Made by a program: the position numbers and the translations under genes. The notes under the pieces are model-generated. The model did not search any database and was not told the origin of the DNA. It saw nothing but the letters and a program-made list of their open reading frames with translations. A DNA stretch of 64,000 nt from Nemertoderma westbladi (Eukaryota > Animalia > Xenacoelomorpha): positions 1,888-65,887 of the forward strand of contig JAUCBJ010005472.1 in assembly GCA_032718475.1 (NCBI GenBank), in the 5' to 3' direction. Each line of letters opens with the position of its first letter. The stretch's first letter is position 1. Positions 22,646-35,044 of this stretch are shown here, in pieces.

Positions 22646-25600
22646 CCATACAGTATCATTATGAACCATTAATCATACTATTACATACAGTATCATTATG
22701 AACTATTAATTATCACACTATTACATACAGTATCATTATGAACCATTAATTATCATACTATTACATACAGTATCATTATGAACCATTAATTATCCTACTA
22801 TCATATACAGTATCATTATGATCCATTAATTTTCATACTATTACATACAGTATCATTATGAACCATTAATTATCATACTATTACATAGTATCATTATGAA
22901 CTATTAATTATCCTACTGTTACATACAGTATCATTATGAACCATTAATTATCCTACTATTACATACAGTATCATTATGAACCATTAATTATCCTACTATC
23001 ATATACAGTATCATTATGATCCATTAATTTTCATACTATTACATACAGTATCATTATGAACCATTAATTATCATACTATTACATAGTATCATTATGAACT
23101 ATTAATTATCCTACTATTACATACAGTATCATTATGAACCATTAATTATCCTACTATTACATACAGTATCATTATGAACTATTAATTATCCTACTATTAC
23201 ATAGTATCATTATGAACCATTAATTATCCTACTATCATATACAGTATCATTATGATCCATTAATTTTCATACTATTACATACAGTATCAGTATGAACCAT
23301 TAATTATCATACTATTACATACAGTATCATTATGAACTATTAATTATCACACTATTACATACAGTATCATTATGAACCATTAATTATCATACTATTACAT
23401 ACAGTATCATTATGAACTATTATTTATCCTACTATTACATACAGTATCATTATGAACCATTAATTATCATACTATTACATACAGTATCATTATGAACCAT
23501 TAATTATCATACTATTACATACAGTATCATTATGAACTATTAATTATCACACTATTACATACAGTATCATTATGAACCATTAATTATCATACTATTACAT
23601 ACAGTATCATTATGAACTATTATTTATCCTACTATTACATACAGTATCATTATGAACCATTAATTATCATACTATTACATACAGTATCATTATGAACCAT
23701 TAATCATCATACTATTACATACAGTATCATTATGAACTATTATTTATCCTACTATTACATACAGTATCATTATGAACCATTAATTATCATACTATTACAT
23801 ACAGTATCATTATGAACTATTATTTATCCTACTATTACATACAGTATCATTATGAACCATTAATTATCATACTATTACATACAGTATCATTATGAACTAT
23901 TAATTATCACACTATTACATACAGTATCATTATGAACCATTAATTATCATACTATTACATACAGTATCATTATGAACTATTATTTATCCTACTATTACAT
24001 ACAGTATCATTATGAACCAATAATTATCATACTATTACATACAGTATCATTCTGAACTATTATTTATCCTACTATTACATACAGTATCATTATGAACCAT
24101 TAATTATCATACTATTACATACAGTATCATTATGAACTATTATTTATCCTACTATTACATACAGTATCATTATGAACCATTAATTATCATACTATTACAT
24201 ACAGTATCATTATGAACTATTAATTATCACACTATTACATACAGTATCATTATGAACCATTAATTATCATACTATTACATACAGTATCATTATGAACTAT
24301 TATTTATCCTACTATTACATACAGTATCATTATGAACCATTAATTATCATACTATTACATACAGTATCATTATGAACTATTAATTATCACACTATTACAT
24401 ACAGTATCATTATGAACCATTAATTATCATACTATTACATACAGTATCATTATGATCCATTATTTATCCTACTATTACATACAGTATCATTATGAACTAT
24501 TAATTATCCTACTATCACATACAGTATCATTATGATCCATTAATTTTCATACTATTACATACAGTATCATTATGAACCATTAATTATCATACTATTTCAT
24601 ACAGTATCATTATGAACTATTAATTATCCTACTATTACATAGTATCATTATGAACCATTGATCATACTATTACATACAGTATCATTATGAACCATTAATT
24701 ATCATACTATTACATACAGTATCATTATGAACCATTAATTATCATAATATTACATACAGTATCATTATGAACCATTAATTATCATACTATTACATACAGT
24801 ATCATTATGAACTATTAATTATCCTACTATTACATAGTATCATTATGAACTATTAATTATCCTACTATTACATAGTATCATTATGAACCATTGATCATAC
24901 TATTACATACAGTATCATTATGAACCATTAATTATCATACTATTACATACAGTATCATTATGAACCATTAATTATCATACTATTACATACAGTATCATTA
25001 TGAACCATTAATTATCATACTATTACATACAGTATCATTATGAACCATTAATTATCCTACTATTACATACAGTATCATTATGAACCATTAATTATCATAC
25101 TATTACATACAGTATCATTATGAACCATTAATTATCATACTATTACATACAGTATCATTATGAACTATTAATTATCCTACTATTACATAGTATCATTATG
25201 AACCATTGATCATACTATTACATACAGTATCATTATGAACCATTAATTATCATACTATTACATACAGTATCATTATGAACCATTAATTATCATACTATTA
25301 CATACAGTATCATTATGAACTATTAATTATCCTACTATTACATACAGTATCATTATGATCCATTAATTTTCATACTATTACATACAGTATCATTATGAAC
25401 CATTAATTATCATACTATTACATAGTATCATTATGAACTATTAATTATCCTACTATTACATAGTATCATTATGAACCATTGATCATACTATTACATACAG
25501 TATCATTATGAACTATTAATTATCCTACTATCACATACAGTATCATTATGATCCATTAATTTTCATACTATTACATACAGTATCATTATGAACCATTAAT

Positions 25601-25830
25601 TATCATACTATTACATACAGTATCATTATGAACCATTAATTATCATACTATTACATACAGTATCATTATGAACTATTAATTATCCTACTATTACATACAG
25701 TATCATTATGATCCATTAATTTTCATACTATTACATACAGTAAGTATCATTATGAACCATTAATTATCATACTATTACATACAGTATCATTATGAACCAT
25801 TAATTATCATACTATTACATACAGTATCAT
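22646..25830. repeat. 40-bp satellite (ACATACAGTATCATTATGAACCATTAATTATCATACTATT), ~80 units; further pieces at 27837-28095, 40341-40572 and 42340-42388
   Basis: Direct 40-bp periodicity. Confidence 0.98.
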
Positions 25831-27836
25831 TGTTTGCGCTTTTAAGACCTTTGACAGTTTAACCTGCCAAATTAGGATGTCTTTTAGATGATATATAGTC
25901 TTTAGCCTATGACGAGTATTTGATACACTACATTAGCCGAAGCCAGTCTATGCGCAATCATTCACCCGCTGGATATACCCGGGAGACTGAATTCGGAAGC
26001 TTAATGATTGATGGTGTAAGCCTACCGTATTATTCGACTGATCGTAATATATAATCTCTGACAAATATTATTCACTTTCGGGAAATATTAACAGTTCCTT
26101 TAGGACGTGGCGCTCTAAATATGTAAACAGAGTTATGACTTAAACTAGACACAACAAAAAGGCTATAGAGTTACGTATATGGCGCATTCTTTAGGAGATG
26201 CTTTGTTATCAGTTACAATCATACACAATGCTGCACAATGCTGCACACCAATCTGCCGACCTTCACTAATTTTAGTCACATACAAAGAGAATAACAGACA
26301 ATACATGTAGGGCCTATAAAATAGCATTAGATTCACTTCACACCACTTAACATAGGTCGCAATCGTTTATCTGTAACCGGTCTCTCTAACCTTTAGTATA
26401 TCAAGAAGGTTGGGTGTCTGACTATTGATCAGTATTCCAAATATGTGGCAGTGAAAGCGAAAAGGTACCTTAAGGTGAAAATGAGGTTTTTGAGTTAGAT
26501 ATTGCATGTGATTGGCCAACATCTCAGCTCTCTAATGAGCTATAAATCATCCTGATTGGATGAGTACATCAAGAGTTATTAGAATTTAAGTATTGGCAAG
26601 ACAACCAGATGGAAAATATACTATTATGAGTAAATCGCGTTTAAAGTTTTCGTTGTATTTTAATAGTCGTAGGGATTACTTACAAAATATATTGAAAGTG
26701 AGTTTGCTAAATTGGAGTGGGGCGGGGATTGTGTTGTGATGTTGAGGCTTGAGGGGAAAAATGTGTAAAAGGAATGTGCATTAGCAAACTAATGAACAAC
26801 TATGCTGCCATTTTTTCTAGCCAGGACTTCGAGCAGCACGTGAACAACTATGCTGGGTTTTTATCTAGTCTGGGACTCCGAGCAGTACATGAACAACTAA
26901 GAGACCGATTGACAAGCAAACATATTGAAAATAACTGGAAGATAGTTTTCTATTGGAATAATAAGGCATATACTGTAAATTAATTTATAAGAGTAAATCT
27001 ACATAGAACAACATAATATCTATCGGGAATGAAATTTCAAAACTTCTGACTACCCTCAATCAAAGCTGACTATCTCCAAAACTAAGCTAGCTGTTAACAT
27101 ACCGTTAACAGATTTGGATTCCTCATTAAAAACTGCATATATCACATTGAAAATAAAAAAATTTAAAATTTTAACTTGAAAATTTAATTTTTCTTTAAAT
27201 ACGATTTTCTCAAAACGTCATTTTCACCTTAAGGTACCTTTTCGCTTTCACCGCCACATATAATCTTCCATCAACAAATATAATGAATAACCGACAGCAA
27301 AAGCAGTAATGTTAAGTAAGATATGCATGATATGTTTAGTAAGCATTGATAAGGTAACTCGTTAACTCGATTTGCATTGGTATGGTTAGATAACAGATAT
27401 ACGTTCTATAATTAAGCCTACTAATGTAAAGCTAAAGAATGCTGATATACGGAGGTGCCAAAAGCCGATGTTCTTAGGCTCTGGGCAAAAACATAACACT
27501 GAATTCCTGAGTTTCTGTATCCACCTCCAACACAGAGACAAAAAACGCTCTGATTGGTCGACCGAACAACGAGAGAACAAAGAAACAAAGAAATGTCGAC
27601 GTGGCAATATCAGCTGTTAGCCGTCGTCATGGTAGCGACACTGTTTTCAAGAGTATCGAGCTTATTGCGTCCCGAAATTGCGGATTATGTCCTCTAAAGT
27701 ACAAATACAGAAGAAATGGCTTTTATGTCCTCTAAAACACCAGTACAGTAAGGACACGGCCTTTTTATGCCCAGTAAACCAACTACAGAGTACTTTACGG
27801 GGAAAATAACCGGCTAATTACGCAAAAGCTTTTACA
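25831..27836 (-). repeat. 3' LTR (interrupted by a MITE)
   Basis: Near-identical to 39152-40340; ATCAT on both sides. Confidence 0.92.
26444..27258. mobile_element. 815-bp MITE with ~47-bp TIRs and TA target duplication
   Basis: Absent from the other LTR (empty site CCAAATATAATC); TIR TGTGGCRGTGAAAGCGAAAAGGTACCTTAAGGTGAAAATGA. Confidence 0.92.
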
Positions 27837-28307
27837 ATCATTATGAACCATTAATTATCATACTATTACATACAGTATCATTATGAACCATTAATTATCA
27901 TACTATTACATACAGTATCATTATGAACCATTAATTATCATACTATTACATACAGTATCATTATGAACTATTATTTATCCTACTATTACATACAGTATCA
28001 TTATGAACCATTAATTATCATACTATTACATACAGTATCATTATGAACTATTAATTATCACACTATTACATACATTATCATTATGAACCATTAATGGACC
28101 ATGGGGTTGTCTAAGTTCGATATCTTCTTAGAGATTCTGGATTTCACGATCGAACTGAGATAAAGACAATTCGTTTATCGCTTGGACTTGCTGTTACAAC
28201 TTACGTTTATCTGAACAAACGCAGGTTTCCTTTCTGATCTTTGTAGAATAGCGTTTAACTCGTTTGGTACAACGTTCTCCGCCACTTTGGTGACAGGTTA
28301 TATCGTG

Positions 28308-29390
28308 TTAAGCCGGGACGGGACGATGGTGAGGGTTAAACGGCGATATTAAATGTCCGCGTCCCAATCCGGCTAGGTAGAATGGGCTAGTATCTAGGAA
28401 GCCCACAACTGGGGTGCCACCGACTAATTGTTCAGGTAACACTAGATCTTTGAGCAGTGAGTACAGCTCGGGAGGATCCGTCATACTAATAGGATCAAGA
28501 GTATGAAGTCTCACTAGGGAATGAGGAGTTCTGATCGAGTATTCCGAAACTCTGATCATTGGTTTATTTAAGGATCGTCTGAGTCGAATGAGCGTAGGTG
28601 ATACATCGAACAAGTTTCGCTCGAAACTCCCGTAAGTATAGCGAGTAAAACCGTGTTTAAAGCAACGTCTCCGCGGATGTTTATGTCTTTCCGTTTGTTG
28701 GTTGGGTCTTGGGCATTCATCGCAATAATACCAAAAACGCACGTCTTGTAGGGGAAACGCGAGTGATCTTTCTCCAGCTTACAATATTCCTCCATCCGTT
28801 CGAAGCTATCCGGTACAACAGGTAGCGATCGATCGGCGGTAAGATACATCATAGTGGAATAGAGCCGTTTGAGTTCTACCATGCGGTCATGATGTATACC
28901 TTGAGGATATCGAGTTTCTAGATTCTGTTGACTGGTAATATCGAGATAGGTTTCTCTCAAGAATTCCAGGTATTTGGTGGAGTCGCTGCATTTATCCGGC
29001 TCTTCGACATCTGCACTTTCGAGTCGGTTTCGAATAGAATTTTCGTGTTCGAGTCTCAGTTTATCGTTCCGCTTCCGCTGGGTATGATATTTAAATAAAC
29101 CATTTCCCTTTGGTGTCTATATCGTTCGTATCGTGTAGGTCGATAGGATGACCAGTAGTTAAGAAGTCCATATACGTACCATTACGATGAGTATAGCGAG
29201 CGGTGAATTTTCTACAGTCTAACCCACGCGCAAGTTGCTCCCGGGACATTGGCGGTTAGATATAACGACCATCGTCCTCCGTAGTAGTTGGACCAGCGTC
29301 GCCGCGTATCAAGCTATCAACAAACGCTTGTAAAGGTAGAGTATATCGTTCCCTGATACCAAGATCATCTTCTATCAACTCAATCATATC
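28308..29390 (-). pseudogene. Degraded accessory ORF of unknown function in the 3' (env) position of the BEL/Pao element
   Basis: Successive minus-strand open segments (MIELIEDDLGIRE..., RKRNDKLRLEHENSIRNRLES...EFLRETYLD..., KPMIRVSEYS...) with coding-like GC content in an AT-rich background; same strand as gag. Confidence 0.5.
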
Positions 29391-30209
29391 TGCTATATAA
29401 GTTTATCCATATTATAATGAGTTTATATTTAGGCGAGCGGGCGTCGCTGCCTACCCCTCTCTGCCCCCGGACAGTGCGAGATCCTCAGCGCTGGTGCACT
29501 TTCGCCGATGTGCCTATCGCCAACGTCGTAGCTGCGCAACGACTACAACAACCAGCACAAGTCACTCCACCGTCCGTCCCAAAGGCTTAGATATACTTCA
29601 GGTTCTTACTGGAGAGTTAGGGTTACTTTCACAATTGCGACTCGCTACTGTAAACACACCTTAGTAGTAACATTCACCTACAAACGCACAAATTCCACGT
29701 AACAGTCACAAATGGTACACATTCTATCACACATTCGGGTCATTTGTCCGTTAGTCAAGTGCCTTCCAGAATGTCACCTTGTTATTATGTATCCTTGGAT
29801 ACTAGCGGTGTGCTATTTATTCCGTATGCTATTCAATACGCAAGCCCTTTATTGTTCTTTTAACTCACTTCTAATTCTAGCGTGGTTGTTGCCATGGTGA
29901 CATTATGGAAAGCTAGCGGTAGAATTAGGGTAATTCTCATGCATACAGATCTGGGATGCTATTTAATAGTAATTCTTTAATTGTCAATATCCTCTCTATA
30001 TATGATTTTATGAATTTTATCGGCTATTGACTATACATTGGAGATTCTCACACACAAATACACTTAATATAGTGAATCTCCGCTCCCATGATCTATTAAT
30101 TAATGGAATTTTGGGAATGTTATAAATTGTATAAAATTGCAATTTATTAAATTCATTAAAGTATGAATTTAAATTTATTCCCTGAAATTTTATTATTTGA
30201 TAGTTAAAT

Positions 30210-30525
30210 TGACACAATTTGATTCCAGAGCAGGTCTGGGGACATAGGATCCTTAATTCTATGAAAATTGTCTTTTAAGAGTATCGGTAAGTGCTACGAT
30301 ATCTTAATCGACTAGAATTGTTAAAGGATCTGAATTTTACAGATTTTGATTTATAGATTTGTAAATATTAAATAATTAATATTTGAGATGGGCACCAATT
30401 TATTCCAGAACTTGTCTGGGGACGTTAACCACTGATTCTAGAATTTTGTCTTTCAAGTATATCGGTGGGTGCCGCGATATCTTAATCGACTAGAATTGCA
30501 GATGGTCAAAGGGTTTAACAGATTT
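30210..30525. repeat. Two diverged ~180-bp direct repeats in the LTR element 3' region
   Basis: GTCTGGGGAC and CGATATCTTAATCGACTAGAATTG each occur twice, ~180 bp apart. Confidence 0.8.
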
Positions 30526-31043
30526 ATTTTGCGTTTTACGCTACTGTTAAAGGGACATCACGCTACTATATGTATTATTTAATATACGGTATGAGAGCAA
30601 TATCGCACGAAGCAATGTCAGTGTGAAGAGGCAAGTCGTTTCCAAGGTCTACCCAGAGCTTGGTTTAGCCGAGACACGAGGATCTGAACTTTGCATTCCT
30701 AATACTCTGCTTACCAATAATACTTAAATATAGTAGGAGCTTTATTGTACTTTAATAAGTACGGATATTTCATCTTACTGTAGTTACGTATTTATAATAT
30801 GATACGGACAGTAAGGAAAGAGAAAAAGAATTATTTCTCGCCGTCGCACTAAATATAATATATAAGTAATTAAGTAATAAACACTAATATATTGCACTAA
30901 TCTACTAAATAATCACTAAATAACATTCTACTAAATTAAATTAAAGAAAACGATTATAATAAAATTACATAATAATACATACATAATATAAAATAATAAA
31001 ATAAATATAAAATAATGTAGTCACACACCCACTCCGTATGTTG

Positions 31044-33477
31044 TTACGTTATGGAGTCCCTAGATATTTGTTGGATTAGGGAGGTGGTCGTGGGAAGAGT
31101 ATCTTGCCTTCCATAGTTTCCGGACAGTTTTCGGTCTCTTTCCAGTAAACATAAACGACCAGCTGGGCGATTGAGTGGTTGTGTTACTTTCTCCGCTCCC
31201 TTGGCCTGTCTAATCTTCGCCGGGTTAAGATGGGGAGGCCATTCATCTTCTTTATTTAGGAAGTCGGGTCCACCTAACCGGTCTGGAGTATCTGTCAGTT
31301 CTTGAGGAGTTGCTCCTCTGGAGGCGATGTCGGCTAGATTAATCGTCTCGGGGCAATGTCTCCATTGATCTACATTGGAGTTGATGTCGTCATTATCTGA
31401 GGAGTATGGTGTTCCCTCAGTTGGGTCGTCAACTTCACTGCTCTCCAATTCCCGTTCACTTAATTGATATACCTGTTCTTTTGGTAATCTTTCTATAAGA
31501 GTTCTACGAGAAGGGCCAGTAAAGTACCAACCTACTCTAGTTTTTCCCGCATAGACTTGTAGTGGTTGCGGTTGAGCAGGCCGTTTCTCCAATGTCTCGA
31601 GCGCTTCATGCGCATTTTGACCGATGAGTATTTGGACTCCAGGGTAATCGGTGTTGAATCTAGGTATTTCAAACTGCTGGGTGAAATCATCCTCATCCCA
31701 GTTATAAGGTTCCACTTGGGTGGTAGCGAAGTTCTTTATTGCCACCATTTTCACTGACCTTATGCTGTGTTCTCCTAGTTCATCCTGGGGGGTGGACAAC
31801 GCGCCTACATAATAATCCGCTATTACGGTAGATTTCCAAACTTGCATAATTCCTGACATGTTTAGCTTAGTTCGGAACTTGGGTTGTCCAGCAAAGATGT
31901 CTTCGGCTAGTTCTTTGTCGATGAATGTTCCTGTGCTACCGGAGTCAAGGAGGGCGTTCACTACATAACTCCTTTTAGGTCCATGGACCCTTACCTGTAC
32001 TACAGGAAATTCTCGGATTCCTACATTGGAAGGTGGCGCTTTCCAAGATGGTTGTCGATCAGAAGTAGTTAGAGTGAGGTCGCTGTCTGTATCTTTTTCA
32101 TACGTGAGTGCTCGATACACTGCGGTATTTATCATGTAACAGGATTCGTTTTCGTCGGAGAACTCGTCCGTATAGAATCCTTCCATCTCAGATTGATCAG
32201 TGTCGTTCACATCACTGAATTGGACATGTAGTTCGGAATCACTTACCTGACTCGGACTATTTCGCTCGAATTCAGTGTGCAACAAGATATGATGTTTCGC
32301 ACCGCACTTTGCACACCTTGTGTCGGAGTAACAGGTTCGCCGTTGGTGTCCTCGTCTGAGACAATTATAACACAACCGCTTATCCCACATGACTTCACGT
32401 CTGTCCTTTAGTGATTTCCTCAGGAATTCATCACACGCACTTAAACGGTGGGGCCCATCGCACAGCACACATTTGGGCTTGATGTTACTTACTTTAACAT
32501 GTGCTGTGTGGTGCACGTTCGTTCTTTCCTCGGGCTTTCTCACCTGAATTCTCTTGGGAGACGTAGGAGGAGTTTTTCTTACCTGTTCTTTCCTGTCATT
32601 GGTTCGAGACTTGAATTTACTTACCTGGTCTTTAGGCGTTTTATTGACATAATAAGATCTTTCAGTGTCTTTCCCGCTATCCTCTCCTTGAGAAGTCTGG
32701 CTTTCGCCGTCGTCTGTATAACACACTGGTGTTACCCTTCTCCTAGAAACGGGTTTCTCACTTACCTTGTTTTCCAGTGTCTTCTCTCTGGACTGCCTTA
32801 GGAGCTGTAATTTCACTTCTCTATCTAAGAATGACATGAGATCAGTCATGGTAGGGTCTCGTCGTTGTTGTTCCATCATATATAACACTTTCTTGTCCCA
32901 GCGTGTACCTACTCCACCCTTGGGCAAAGTAGATGCTAAGGCTCCTACAACCATAGAATTCTGGTATTCATGAGACTTACCTAGCCAATCTAATTGTCTA
33001 CAGATCTCCTGAATCTCATCGGAAAACTCTATAATCCCGCTGCTAAGAAACTTTCGGGGCGCCATTAATTTTGCATACAAATACCTAGCTATGTTATTCC
33101 TATTACCATACCTGATGTTTAGTGTATCCCAAACTTGTCTTAATCCGTCTGGATGTCCAATAAACTTTAACGCCATTAACTTGGGAGGTCCTTCCAAGCA
33201 CTCGATGAGGAATCTAAGTTTCTCTCCATTAGATAGTACAGAGTTCTGTATGTTATCTTTGTAATATTCATTAAAAGGTAACCATTTCATCTCATCTCCA
33301 TTGAACTTGACGATCTCTCCCACCTTTACCGCTTGCCGGGCTTCGGTTCTAGCCATTTGACGCGTAAAACTTTCTTGGGCCATCGTGTTATTTAATATCG
33401 AGTTATCGGTATATAAATTTCTCGGATTATGATCCGGTCTATAGGGAATATCATTATCAACAGGTCTATAATTACCC
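31044..33477 (-). CDS. BEL/Pao Gag and aspartic protease, fused in frame to remnants of RNase H and the integrase C-terminus
   Basis: DUF1759-like Gag (FNGDEMKWLPF...EKLRFLIECLEG...LNIRYG); three knuckles (CVLCDGPH, CYNCLRRGH, CAKCGAKHHILLH); protease ALLDSGS; ILIG; KTRVGW; QWRHCPETINLADIASRG; RPAGRLCLLE. No RT or DDE core. Confidence 0.9.
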
Positions 33478-33481
33478 TTAA

Positions 33482-35044
33482 CCCTATTAAACCCGGGGGG
33501 GGGTCAATATGACCCCTCCCGTGGTTTTTTTATTATAATTCTGAAACAAACGCAGTTGGGTATCTGAAATTTTATGACTTTTCCTAAAAATCTATTGTCT
33601 TCCTAGTAGTGAAAACCGTTTTTAAAAATATTGGGTAGTTTTCGAGTTATAGCACCATTTTTTAACCCTACTTTTGGCACTTTTTTTGAGACGTTTTTTG
33701 AAAATTACATTTCATTAAATATGAATTGTAACATCTCTATTATTGATTTACATCGGTTTTTTGGTGTTAGAAATAAATTGGATGGAATTCATATAAATTG
33801 ATTTAGAAATTTCAAACTTGTTTTTTTCGGCGGGTGCCAATTTTTGGTGCCAGCACCAAATTTTGAAATATGTCAATTTTGTAAATTGATTGTGTGAAAC
33901 TTGTTTTTTACGCAATTGGGGTTTTTTGGGGTTCTGGTTTCGATGAAATATATACGAGTTGCACCAAGCGTATCAAACTTGTATTTTTCGGTGGTGGGTG
34001 CAAATTTTGGTGCTAGCACAAAATTTTGAAAATCCATTCAATTGATAAAATTGTTTGTGACAATTTATTTCTTGCGTTTTAGAAGTTTATGGCTATTCTG
34101 AATTGAATGGAATATATATTTTTCGATCTAGGCATCTCAAACTTGTATTTTTCGGAAGTGGGTGCAAAATGTGGTGCTAGCACCAAATTTTGAAAACCAT
34201 CAAATATATAAATTGATTGTGTCACCTTGTTTCTTGCGTTATACGGGTTTGTGAGGGTTCTGAATTCAATGGAATCAGTAAAAATTTCATGAGAGTTTTC
34301 AAACTTGTATTTTTCGCCGGTGGGTGAAAATTGTTGTGCCAGCACCAAATTTTGGAAAATAAGCAAATTGATTAGTAGATAGTATCATCTTGTTTATTGC
34401 GTTATACGGGTTTATGAGGGTCCTGAATCCGATGGAATCAATAAAAACAGCACTGGACATCGCAAACTTGTACTTTTTGGTGATGGGTACGAAATTTGGT
34501 CCTAGCACCAAAATTTGCCAAATTACGTCGAAAAATACAAGTAGCAATGATGGGGCATTTTAGAAATGTATTCCATTAGAATCAGCGCCCTAGAAAACCT
34601 GAAAATGTGAATTTATAGCATCGTATAAGTGAATTAAAAATTTTGTGTTCTAACTGAAAAGTGCTGGTTACTTGTTTTTTTCATTTTTTTCCGACGCAGA
34701 GAGGACTAAACACCCATTTATAGTAATCAAATCATTTTTAAATATTTTCCAATGTATTTTGCGCCCCAGAAAACCTGTATTAAAAAACAATTAGACGAAA
34801 AATGTAAGTTTCAAATTTTCTGAAAATTGTGCACTACTTGTAATTTTGGTGCTGCAATATAACCACCCCAGTACATTTTTTCGAAATTTTTTTTTTTCGG
34901 TCGGATCCTGACTAGTGATACCTACGTACAAACAAAAAATCAGACGTTTTCGTAAAAATTTGTAGATTTTAGAGGGGGGGGGGTCAATATGACCCCCCCC
35001 CCCCCGGTATTTGTACAACATTTTATAGCCCGGTACTAATAGGG
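33482..35044 (-). mobile_element. piggyBac-type MITE copy 3 (1563 bp) inserted in gag
   Basis: TTAA at 33478-33481 and 35045-35048; removing it rejoins ...VNPI-KGNYRPVDND...NNT-MAQES in frame. Confidence 0.96.
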
